Part shown: positions 20,854 to 30,689 of the stretch, one piece after another
How positions within the stretch are numbered: position 1 is the stretch's first letter
Layout: each line of letters begins with the position of its first letter
Assembly (NCBI GenBank): GCA_002269645.1
Contig: NIVC01000360.1
Location: 1 to 36,077, forward strand
DNA: 36,077 nucleotides
Origin: Macrostomum lignano
Taxonomy: Eukaryota
Direction of reading: 5' to 3'
Position numbers and translations under genes: made by a program
The notes under the pieces: model-generated
Databases searched by the model: none
Seen by the model: the letters and a program-made list of their open reading frames with translations, nothing else
What the model was told of the DNA's origin: nothing

Positions 20854-23800
20854 GGCAGACAGACAGGCAGACAGACCAAATCGTTTATTTCCACCCCTCC
20901 CACGCCAGCATTGGGAGGACTCGCTGAGGGCCGGTCTCGAGCGCAGCCTTACGCCGCAGGCGCTTGACGCCCTGCTAGAGTTTTCGGCTCTGTGCAACAA
21001 CGGCGAGGACCCCAGCTCGCACTCGGCCGCCGCAGAGTTGCAGTCCCGTCTGGACATCTGGCTGCGCAAGTGGGCGGACACCGAGCTGCCCAGCCAGTGC
21101 GTGCAGACAGCCTGGGAGGAGCTGTACGCCCAGCTGGACGGCTTGCCCTGCCAGCCTGACCACGACCGGGTGCTGGAGCCGCTGCAGGTGAAGGATTCTA
21201 GCCTGGACAAAAACAAAAGACTTTAGTAGTCTTTGTCCTTGGCATAGGTAGCCCAGAAGCTTTAGTAGTCTTTGTCCTTGGCATAGGTAGCCCAGAAGCT
21301 TTAGTAGTCTTTGTCCTTGGCATAGGTAGCCCAGAAGCTTTAGTAGTCTTTGTCCTTGGCATAGGTAGCCCAGAAGCTTTAGTAGTCTTTGTCCTTGGCA
21401 TAGATAGCCCAGAAGCTTTAGTAGTCTATGTCCTTGGCATAGATAGCCCAGAAGATTTAGTAGTCTTTGTCCTTTGCATAGATAGCCCAGAAGCTTTATT
21501 AGTCTTTGTCCTTGGCATAGATAGCCCAGAAGCTTTAGTAGTCTTTGTCCTTGGCATAGATAGCCCAGAAGCTTTAGTAGTCTTTGTCCTTGGCATAGAT
21601 AGCCCAGAAGCTTTAGTAGTCTTTGTCCTTGGCATAGAGAGCCCAGAAGCTTTAGTAGTCTTTGTCCTTGGCATAGAGAGCCCAGAAGCTTTAGTAGTCT
21701 TTGTACTTGGAATATGTAGCAAACTTTAGTAGTCTTTTTACTTAATTAGCACTTTAGCAGTTTCAGTACCTGCCGTCTTTAAGCTAGCTATTTTATTCAA
21801 AGGAAAAACAAAGAGCCAGATAGCCAGACCGCACGATGCACCCCACTCTCACTGTCTCTGTGCAGGCCGCCGTCAGGGCCGAGGCGCGCAAAGCCCACCG
21901 CTGGGATCCCAAGGCCGAGGGCGCGCTCCGGGTCTTGCAGATGGCCGCGCTAGACGAGCGAGCGGTGCCGACCAGGGCGGACTGGGACGGCGCCGTGGCA
22001 CTGCTCCGCCGGGTTCTGCAGCGCCGCCTCGCCGAAGTGGAATCCGAGCTGGCCAAGTCGTGCGGCCCCGGCGCCTGGGAGCGCTGGACCCGGTGGCGCG
22101 GCCGGACCGAAGCTCAGCAGCGGCTGGTGCAGCTGTCCAACGAGTTGCGCAACTGCCTGCTGACCGGGGCGGCGGTTGGCGGGCGCCGCAATCCTGCCGA
22201 GCTGTCTGACGAGGACCTGATCGCAGTTCGACGGAATCTGCTGGCTCAGGTGAGAGTTTGAAGATGAACTGAGCAGATTCCCTTTCGAGTGGCTCAGCTG
22301 AGAGTTTGAAGATGAACTGAGCAGATTCCCTTTCGAGTGGCTCAGCTGAGAGTTTGAAGATGAACTGAGCAGATTCCCTTTCGAGTGGCTCAGCTGAGAG
22401 TTTGAAGATGAACTGAGCAGATTCCCTTTCGAGTGGCTCAGCTGAGAGTTTGAAGATGAACTGAGCAGATTCCCTTTCGAGTGGCTCAGCTGAGAGTTTG
22501 AAGATGAACTGAGCAGATTCCCTTTCGAGTGGCTCAGCTGAGAGTTTGAAGATGAACTGAGCAGATTCCCTTTCGAGTGGCTCAGCTGAGAGTTTGAAGA
22601 TGAACTGAGCAGATTCCCTTTCGAGTGGCTCAGCTGAGAGTTTGAAGATGAACTGAGCAGATTCCCTTTCGAGTGGCTCAGCTGAGAGTTTGAAGATGAA
22701 CTGAGCAGATTCCCTTTCGAGTGGCTCAGCTGAGAGTTTGAAGATGAACTGAGCAGATTCCCTTTCGAGTGGCTCAGCTGAGAGTTTGAAGATGAACTGA
22801 GCAGATTCCCTTTCGAGTGGCTCAGCTGAGAGTTTGAAGATGAACTGAGCAGATTCCCTTTCGAGTGGCTCAGCTGAGAGTTTGAAGATGAACTGAGCAG
22901 ATTCCCTTTCGAGTGGCTCAGCTGAGAGTTTGAAGATGAACTGAGCAGATTCCCTTTCGAGTGGCTCAGCTGAGAGTTTGAAGATGAACTGAGCAGATTC
23001 CCTTTCGAGTGGCTCAGCTGAGAGTTTGAAGATGAACTGAGCAGATTCCCTTTCGAGTGGCTCAGCTGAGAGTTTGAAGATGAACTGAGCAGATTCCCTT
23101 TCGAGTGGCTCAGCTGAGAGTTTGAAGATGAACTGAGCAGATTCCCTTTCGAGTGGCTCAGCTGAGAGTTTGAAGATGAACTGAGCAGATTCCCTTTCGA
23201 GTGGCTCAGCTGAGAGTTTGAAGATGAACTGAGCAGATTCCCTTTCGAGTGGCTCAGCTGAGAGTTTGAAGATGAACTGAGCAGATTCCCTTTCGAGTGG
23301 CTCAGCTGAGAGTTTGAAGATGAACTGAGCAGATTCCCTTTCGAGTGGCTCAGCTGAGAGTTTGAAGATGAACTGAGCAGATTCCCTTTCGAGTGGCTCA
23401 GCTGAGAGTTTGAAGATGAACTGAGCAGATTCCCTTTCGAGTGGCTCAGCTGAGAGTTTGAAGATCAGGATGAGGTGATCAGTGGATCAGGTGAGGTCCC
23501 AATTTGAAGCCCCTTGAAAAACTCGAATTCATTTTAACAAAAAAAGATTTAAATCCCCCTCTGCTTGTCGATCACGCAGGGTGTTGAAGGCGTCACAGAC
23601 GAGGAGCTGCGGTCGGCCTGGCCGCTGGTGTACCGGCAGTTCGCCCTGCGCTGCGGGCTGGACTCGTGCGCCCAGTGCGCCAAGCTCTACTATCACTACC
23701 AGCAGCGGATCGGCACCGCTGCTGACTGCATTGCTGTGCCATTTTTCTATCGAGTTGGCCGCATGCTCGACGCCACCAGCTCGGCGCTGCGACAGCAGAT

Positions 23801-24017
23801 TGTCAACAACGAGGCGCACCGGCTGGAGAAGGCCGTCAAGTCTGTGCTGGACGCCTGGGCTGACGACCCGGCCAAGCTGAGGGAATACCTGCGAGGTCGG
23901 AGCGTGCAGCTGGCCGAGGATGTGCAGCGGCTGAGGCTGGTGGAGGAGAAGCTGGACCAGTTTATTGAGGCGCTGAATGCCACGAAAGATCCGAAGCGGA
24001 GTCGTGGCAATTGCTGA
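15224..24017 (+). CDS. OPA1: Mitochondrial dynamin-like GTPase OPA1, ~970 aa. Exons 15224-15616, 16233-16323, 17566-18088, 18471-18767, 19269-19572, 20216-20419, 20909-21187, 21866-22249, 23580-24017.
   Basis: Basic, Ser-rich targeting-like N-terminus and LRYLL. Motifs [63 protein letters not shown] and [14 protein letters not shown]. All GT-AG junctions are phase-compatible and total 2913 nt with no frameshift. Confidence 0.97.
15618..16002. repeat. 22-bp minisatellite (~17 copies) starting at the OPA1 intron 1 donor
   Basis: Unit TGAGTCTCCCACCTGTC(C/A)TATC. Confidence 0.97.
16003..16215. repeat. Second 22-bp minisatellite in OPA1 intron 1
   Basis: Unit TGAGTTTCCCAGCTCCTGTCCC, grading from TCAGTTTCCCAGCTTCTGTCTC. 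Confidence 0.95.
16730..17540. repeat. C/A-rich 20-22-bp minisatellites in OPA1 intron 2
   Basis: ACCCAC(C/T)TCAGACCCCTCAA, then GCCACCTCAAACCCGCCCTGC(A/T). Confidence 0.9.
18140..18437. repeat. AGTGTCAGACATCT-based array in OPA1 intron 3
   Basis: Repeated AGTGTCAGACAT(C/A)T and AGTGTCAGC(A/G)A units. Confidence 0.9.
18800..19165. repeat. 15-bp minisatellite in OPA1 intron 4
   Basis: Unit G(G/A)CAACCTGCCCCCT. Confidence 0.92.
19600..20138. repeat. (GAT/GGT)n microsatellite in OPA1 intron 5
   Basis: Degenerate trinucleotide tract after the donor at 19573. Confidence 0.95.
20533..20875. repeat. (GACA)n microsatellite in OPA1 intron 6
   Basis: Direct reading; the interruptions CACTAAGAC and GAAG recur. 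Confidence 0.97.
21221..21736. repeat. 39-bp minisatellite (~13 copies) in OPA1 intron 7
   Basis: Unit CTTTAGTAGTCTTTGTCCTTGGCATAG(G/A)TAGCCCAGAAG. Confidence 0.97.
22242..23465. repeat. 48-bp perfect minisatellite (~25 copies) spanning the OPA1 exon 8/intron 8 junction
   Basis: Unit TGGCTCAGCTGAGAGTTTGAAGATGAACTGAGCAGATTCCCTTTCGAG; the lines of sequence recur every 240 bp (5 x 48). Confidence 0.98.
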
Positions 24018-24404
24018 ATTCGAAATGATAAACTCGGTTTTCAACTTCTATTAGGTAGCTTTGAATTTGCTCTTTAAAATTTTAATTGTCAATTCGCATC
24101 TCTATTTTATTATGCAATGGATCTATTATTATCTGTATTTGAATTTTCAAATTGAAAATGAAGTTGCACACATACACTTGTGCTATGCTTAATCGGCTTT
24201 AGAAAATTTATTATAGAGTAAGCTTAATAAGTCTTCTGTTTAAATTATATATGAATGCCTCAAAATTATTGACTAGTGATTGTTTTGGTTTAGTCTACAA
24301 GCGTTATGACTGCAAGTTTTAGCCAAATTCCACTGTTTCAGCTGACTTCGTCTTTCTCTGTTATTTTTTATAATAGACTGTAAACAATTTCATCTGAATC
24401 AGGC

Positions 24405-24545
24405 GCCTCCTCTGTAGCTGACGCCCCTCTCTGTAGCTGATGCCCCCCTCTGTAGCTGATGCCCCCTCTGTAGCTGACGCCCTCTCTGTAGCTGATGCCC
24501 CCCTCTGTAGCTGATGCCCCCTCTGTAGCTGGCGCCCCTCTGTAG
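24405..24545. repeat. 19-20-bp minisatellite downstream of OPA1
   Basis: Unit GCCCC(C)TCTGTAGCTGA(C/T). Confidence 0.9.
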
Positions 24546-25301
24546 CAGCTGTGTCGATTCTCTTATCTTACTATTGTTAACGTTGCTTTCGTCTTGCCCG
24601 ATCCACACTGTTGTAGAGATGACAAATAGCAGTCGAAATTTTAGCCCAAGTGCGATTACTGTACATTTTTTTATCAACTGAGGCGCCTAATGCTCTATAG
24701 GAGTATTTGTACGTTATACATGTAATGTCTTAATAATCTTAGTCCCATATATGTGTACATATATGCCCATTCCACTGACCCCTGGCATGCACTACATCAT
24801 GATGCATGAAGATAGAAGATTACACCAATGTACACCAGAGCACAGCCAGGCCAGTGTACATTGGTCAGCGGCAATAAAGTTGTTATCATCTGCAGGAATC
24901 GCATATCTCAGACACTCTGCTCCAGGTATATAGGCAATTGTCCCTCATGTCATTTAGCCTCTGGACGATTGGCGACTTTCGTGAATGTGCGTGCACGCGT
25001 AGTGTTTGTGTGACTGCGCGGAATCGAAACCCCGTCCCTGGCATCGAATTTGTTGGACGACCAGACGCGGTACGGTTCGGCGCTCCTCATTTCTGGCAAT
25101 CATCATCAAAACATCAAAACAATGTAACTTTATGAACGTTGTGATTAGAAGCGATTGGTATTATTGGGCTGGGCACTTGATTGTTTTTGTAAATTAGATA
25201 TGCGCGTAATCATATCAAGTTCATGCATTAAACTAAAACCGTTTGCAAACACTAAAACAAAACTATTTTGTTTGCTATTTAGTTTGTGTTTTCTCGTTTT
25301 G

Positions 25302-25313
25302 TGTAATACTTAT

Positions 25314-25345
<32 letters not shown>

Positions 25346-25357
25346 TGTAATACTTAT
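25302..25357. repeat. (ACT)n microsatellite flanked by the direct repeat TGTAATACTTATT
   Basis: Direct reading. Confidence 0.85.
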
Positions 25358-26701
25358 TAGTTGTTATAGCGTTTGTACGATTTTCGGAATTCTGATATAA
25401 AGAAATTTGGAATAGCTATAAAAATTTTAAGCTTATTCCGATTGTTGAAGTGGAACTATTATATTAAGATGATCAATAGATCATACTAATAAGTCATGGG
25501 ACACGCGGTGTTTAGGAATTTAACTAGATTTTGCAATTTAGCAATTTAATTGTACGAACCTTCGTACATGGTTTTTTTTTATTTGGGCTAGGACTTAGCT
25601 AGATTAGAGTCCCAGACCCACCCACAGCTAGTGTCCAGTGACGGCACAGTCTGCTATAGAGTTTGACCCAGGCAGGCCATTCTATTATTTTGATACATTC
25701 CTGTTTTTATTTACTGAATTCTGAATAGGGCCTATTGTTTCAGATCTTTACCATTGATTAGGCCTATCAGACTTAGATCTATAGTCTAGAATATTCATCA
25801 CGAAACAAACAGATACTTATGTTAGCAATTTAACCGGACAAATAGCAAAAAGGCTATTCGTCTAGTCACCAGACAAATAACAACTGCCTAAAAAAAGTTG
25901 TAAATGCCACAGTCTACTAGCTTGGCTTTTTAAGTGCTTCCTAGCTAGGCCTATTTGAATTATTTTACCATTGATACCAAATTGTATTAAGTTCATTTTT
26001 TGATCCTAATAATGAGGATGCACCATATTCCGGATCATGTAGGCCTCTAATATTATAAGAATTTGGGTAGGCCCTATGCTTTGGCTTTGCATACCAAAAG
26101 TTAGGTGTACATAGTTGGAATGCATTATTCCTAGGCCTAAGAAAATAATATATATATTATACACCTTAACACCTAGTGTGCAATTTATAGAATCATAGAA
26201 AAATTAGTAATAAATAGAAAAAAAGATTGAAAAGTTTATTTTTAAATATAAATTTAAAGCTTTCTAGTTTTTAAGCTAGTTTTAACAAAAAGGAAACAAA
26301 TGTTGAAGTATATCAATTTTCTATTCTAAATAGTATAAGCCCCCCTAAGCCAATAGTCAGGAAGATGGCCTTTTTTGCAAAAAATTCTAGCTCAAAATGG
26401 GATTAGACATGCGCTATGCTGGCAAGACTCAAGAGAAAAAATCTAGCATAGTATGGCACAAGACAAAAAAAAATGGTATAATTTGGTGCAAGAAAAAACT
26501 TTCAATGAGATAATATTTTGTTTGATAGAAAATTAAGATTAAATTTGTATAAAATAATATAAAATTAAATTATAACACTGTATTTTCTATGAAACAAATT
26601 CAAATACAAGTTTTACCAGTATTGAATTTTTTAAATAGAAAATTACTGACTATATTTTTCAAAAAGTTGCAGTGCATGGCATGAACAAATTTTTTGCGGC
26701 T

Positions 26702-26974
26702 TTTTTGGCCATGCAACTTCGTTTTAACAAAAATGCAATGTAGTTTTTGGCCAAAAATGTGACTTACATGTAAAAAACCCTAAAGCAAAATTAACGCAAC
26801 TTTATGTAAATGACAGGAATAACTATGACTGTCTTGTTAAGCCAAAATGCCTCATCAGCTACTTAGTACTACTACTTGGTTATTTTTTCGGGATGGCATT
26901 TTTGCGACTTCCTTGGTTGGCCACCAAATCGGTCAGCCAGATTGGCCGACTCGGCCGACTGTTGCGCATGTATG
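26702..26974 (-). mobile_element. Decayed, one-end-truncated inverted copy of the TIR element at 28483-28779
   Basis: Aligns over ~270 bp to the reverse complement of 28483-28750 and keeps one TIR (GTTGCGCATGTATG). Confidence 0.85.
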
Positions 26975-27084
26975 TTCCGGTGCATGGCACAATCAAACTT
27001 ATTTGATAGGATTTATTTTGCCATGATCCTGACTATGGCCCTAAGCAAAAAAAGATAAATAATCAACCAAATTATCTGCCAAAA

Positions 27085-27369
27085 TCATCACACCAGCCTG
27101 GCCCATCCTAGCGATCTACTGTGCCATCGGCGACTCCAGCTGGCAGGCCATGTCATCCACACCGAGGCCTATTGTCCCGAGCCAGTGCAGGTGCTGCTAC
27201 TTACATTGCAGGCACCCTACCAGCGGGGACAGGCAAGGACTCGGCGCTACGTTGACTATCTGCTGCCTGATCCCTTCGCCCCAGACTTTGCCAGTGGTGC
27301 AGCCTTTGTTCGCACCCAAGCTTCAAAGCGCGCCATCTGATGCTGCTTTTGCAAACTGGCAGCATACTC

Positions 27370-27416
<47 letters not shown>

Positions 27417-27426
27417 GGCGCAGGCA
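27085..27426 (+). mobile_element. 5'-truncated LINE (3' end of ORF2 plus (GTT)n tail)
   Basis: 27086-27340 reads ...LCHRRLQLAGHVIHTEAYCPEPVQVLLLTLQAPYQRGQARTRRYVDYLL...*, matching the RRL.(W/L)AGHV motif found after the RT of RTE/L2-type LINEs. A (GTT)n tail lies at 27370-27415, and ~65-bp direct repeats flank the insert. Confidence 0.75.
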
Positions 27427-28482
27427 TGCCATGATCCTGACTATGGCCCTAAGCAAAAAAGATAATAATCAACCAAATTATCTGCCAAAAAAGATCCTTT
27501 ATACAACATAAAATTGTCATTTATTGTTGAAATACAAATAGGTCATTTACTGTTGCAACACTAAGCCTAGCCTAGATTTTAGAATTAGAGTGTGGGTATA
27601 CATATATATTTTTGGCATTTTTTATGCTATTCAATTTTTTTTGGGTGTGCACTCAGCATGATCTAGACTAAAAGAGATGCAGTTGTTTTGTTTGCTGTCA
27701 ATCTATCTGCTAGCAGAAAAATTACTATTTAGTAGTAGGTATGTTAATTGTTTGTTTTAACATGATCATATGGCATATTATGAATAGTTGATTAATTTTT
27801 ATGTAGTTTAGTTGCCAAAAAAAATTCAAAGCAAATAGAAAAAATATTACTTTGTTTATATGCTGCATAATATAATTTGAGGAGATAAGACTATATAATT
27901 TAGCTTTTATTTCAAAATACAACCTTTTATAATATAATCTTTAGCAATGCTATGCATTTCAATTCATTGCACTATGCAGCACTACAAGAAATGCATAGGG
28001 AAAATACATGAACTTTGTGCTTTGTATAACATTTCTACCAAAATGTGAATTCAAAACTTGAGATATATCTATATTTATCTTAACAAAAGTAGCACTAAAT
28101 GATGAAATAAAAAAATAGATGCTTTTTGTAGCAAATATTGCTCTTTGCACAAATGGCAATATATGCTTCATTGCTTCATTGCTGGGTATTGTTTTCATTG
28201 GACACAATAGCAGACAACTATCTATTCTAACATGGACCTCTAGTAGACAAAATGACCCCTATCTGCCACTAAGTTGTTATAGCTTTTTTTTCTACTATGG
28301 CTTATCCCACCTGATCCTATCTTTATTATCAAGTTTTTTTATAAATTTTATTCTGATCTAAAGACTCCTTGCATAGCATAGGTACAAGCTATAGATTTGG
28401 TCTAACCTTCCTATATATAAAGTATGTAGGACAAAAATGATATAGCTATATTGCATATACTTAAGAGTATGGGTTATATAGA

Positions 28483-28779
28483 CATACATGCGCAACAGTC
28501 GGCCGAGTTGGCCGATCCGGCCGACCGATTTGGCGGCCAACCAAGGAAGTCGCAAAAATGCCCACCCAAAAAATACCAAAGTGGTAGTACTAAGTAGCTG
28601 ACGAGGCATTCTGGCTTAGTAAGACAGTCATAGTTACTCCTGCCGTTTACCCAAAGTTGCGATAATTTTGCTTTAGGGTTTTTTTACATGAAAGTCGCAG
28701 TTTTGGCCAAAAACTACGTCGCATTTTTGTTAAAACTAAGTCGCACGGCCGACCAAATTTTTGAGGTTGCGCATGTATG
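28483..28779 (+). mobile_element. Non-autonomous TIR element (MITE, 297 bp), hAT- or P-like
   Basis: 14-bp perfect TIRs CATACATGCGCAAC / GTTGCGCATGTATG and an 8-bp TSD TATATAGA at 28475-28482 and 28780-28787. Confidence 0.9.
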
Positions 28780-29689
28780 TATATAGATGTTTAGCAATTG
28801 AGATTTATTTAACTATTGAGGCTTACTCAGCAAAACTAGAAAAATTAGCATTAAGATATTTGTAGTCATTTGATACTATCTTATCAAGCAAAGTTCCAAA
28901 AGCTTTGCCTAGGTTAAGGCCAATGCTCAACAAAGTCAGAACTGATGCAAAAATATGTGGTCAACATTTTTATTAAATTTATAGGCCTATAAATGCCACA
29001 CTATAGTATTTTGCTAATTGCTATATAGGGATATATTGAATATAATAATGCTTATAAGAGAAATTGGACCTTTTGGAAGAATCATTATCTCATTAGTCCC
29101 AAAAGGCAAGCAACTTGTTTTTTTAGATAGTATGCAAAAAAGTTGGCCCATGCTTTGAATTTTGTGTGCCTATGTTATTCTATTTTGATATAGCAAAAAG
29201 GGATTTCCCTCCTTGGTAGTTCTATTTTTTTAAAGTAGGCATTGCTACTTACCTTTATGCCTATATTTATAGCTGCTATATACCTAGGTGCATATTTCAA
29301 GTTGATAAAATGGAAAATAATGTCTCTTGCTAGTTATATGCCAATTGTCATTTCAACTATATTGTGCTTAACCCTTGTTGTTTCCAAAAATAGTAAAAAA
29401 GTTTTAGGACAAATCTTTGTATAAAATCATTGTGCAATAGAGATTAAAATGAGCAATAGTTAATTTGTTAAGTACATCTTTGATAAAATGCACTTTATGG
29501 TCTTTTTAATGTATGGTTTTTAATTGAAAATTCTTGTCTAAATTGGCTATAGCTATAGAATACAAATGGCTATGGATAACATTAGCAATCTATATGCCCC
29601 TAGCAAAAAGCAGATAAAGAATTTAATTTTTTTTCTAAATAAACTACACATAGCTTCTGACCTCAGCCTTTGTATCTTAGTGGTTCCTC

Positions 29690-30365
29690 CTAAGCCTTGA
29701 CATCTCAGCAATTCCCCTCAAGCCTTGCCAACTCAGTGATTGCTCCTGTAAGCCTTGAACTCAAAGCAATTCACCCCCAATAAACCTTGAAATCTCAGCA
29801 ATTCCCCCCATAAGCCTTGACATCTCAGCAATTCCCCGTAAGCCTCAACATCTCAGCAATTCCCCCTGTAAGCCTCGACATCTCAGCAATTCCCCCTATA
29901 AGCCTCGACATCTCAGCAATTCCCCCAGTAAGCCTTGACATCTCAGCAGTTTCCCCATAAGCCTTGACATCTCAGCAGTTCCCTGGCCCCCATAAGTCTT
30001 GACATCTAAGCAATTCCCCCCATAACCCTTGATATCTCAGCAATTCCCCCCATAACCCTTGATATCTCAGCAATTCCCCCCATAAGCCTCGACATCTCAG
30101 CAATTCCCCCCATAAGCCTCGACATCTCAGCAATTCCCACAGTAAGCCTTGACATCTCAGCAGTTTCCCCATAAGCCTTGACATCTCAGCAGTTCCCTGG
30201 CCCCCATAACCCTTGATATCTCAGCAATTCCCCCCTCCAAGACTTGACATCTCAGAAATTCCCCCCCCCCCAAGACTTGACATCTCAGCAATTCCTCTCA
30301 ACCCATGCCAGCTCAGTGATTGCCCCTGAAAGACTTGACATCTCAGCAATTCCCCCCATGAGCCT
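29690..30365. repeat. ~29-30-bp degenerate minisatellite with a ~210-bp higher-order block
   Basis: Unit TAAGCCT(T/C)GACATCTCAGCA(A/G)TTCCCCC. The block ...GCAGTTCCCTGGCCCCCATAA occurs at ~29975 and ~30190. Confidence 0.9.
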
Positions 30366-30689
30366 TGCCATAGCTTCCCATAGAAAAAAACTGCTCTTAT
30401 GGCTACAACTGGAAAAATATGTAGTACTTGTAGTTTATAAGCTTTCCTATAGACTTCTATTAAGTTTTAGTATTTTATTTTGAATTTAAATCAATTATAT
30501 GGTAAAACAATTGTTTAGTAATATTGTAGCAAAAAACTTGAAGTTTATTGTACAAAGAAGAATTTTTGTCTTGCTGTAATTATGACTAAAACTTATGGTA
30601 AAATGCCTACAGTAGAAAACACCTGCTTTAGCCTAGAAGGTCTTCCATTTTATGGCTAAGGTCAAAATATACTGAACACCTGAATTGCA

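Noticed and set aside
22242-23465. CRISPR-like regular repeat
   Set aside because: Head-to-tail identical units with no unique spacers, inside a eukaryotic intron, and no cas genes.
25551-25568. 8-bp perfect hairpin TGTACGAA-CC-TTCGTACA as a Helitron 3' end
   Set aside because: No CTRR terminus at the expected distance and no 5' TC boundary or second copy.
25759-26139. Cluster of TAGGCCTA palindromes (25759, 25946, 26132; also 28982)
   Set aside because: Too few sites and irregular spacing; probably remnants of decayed repeats in CpG-depleted DNA.
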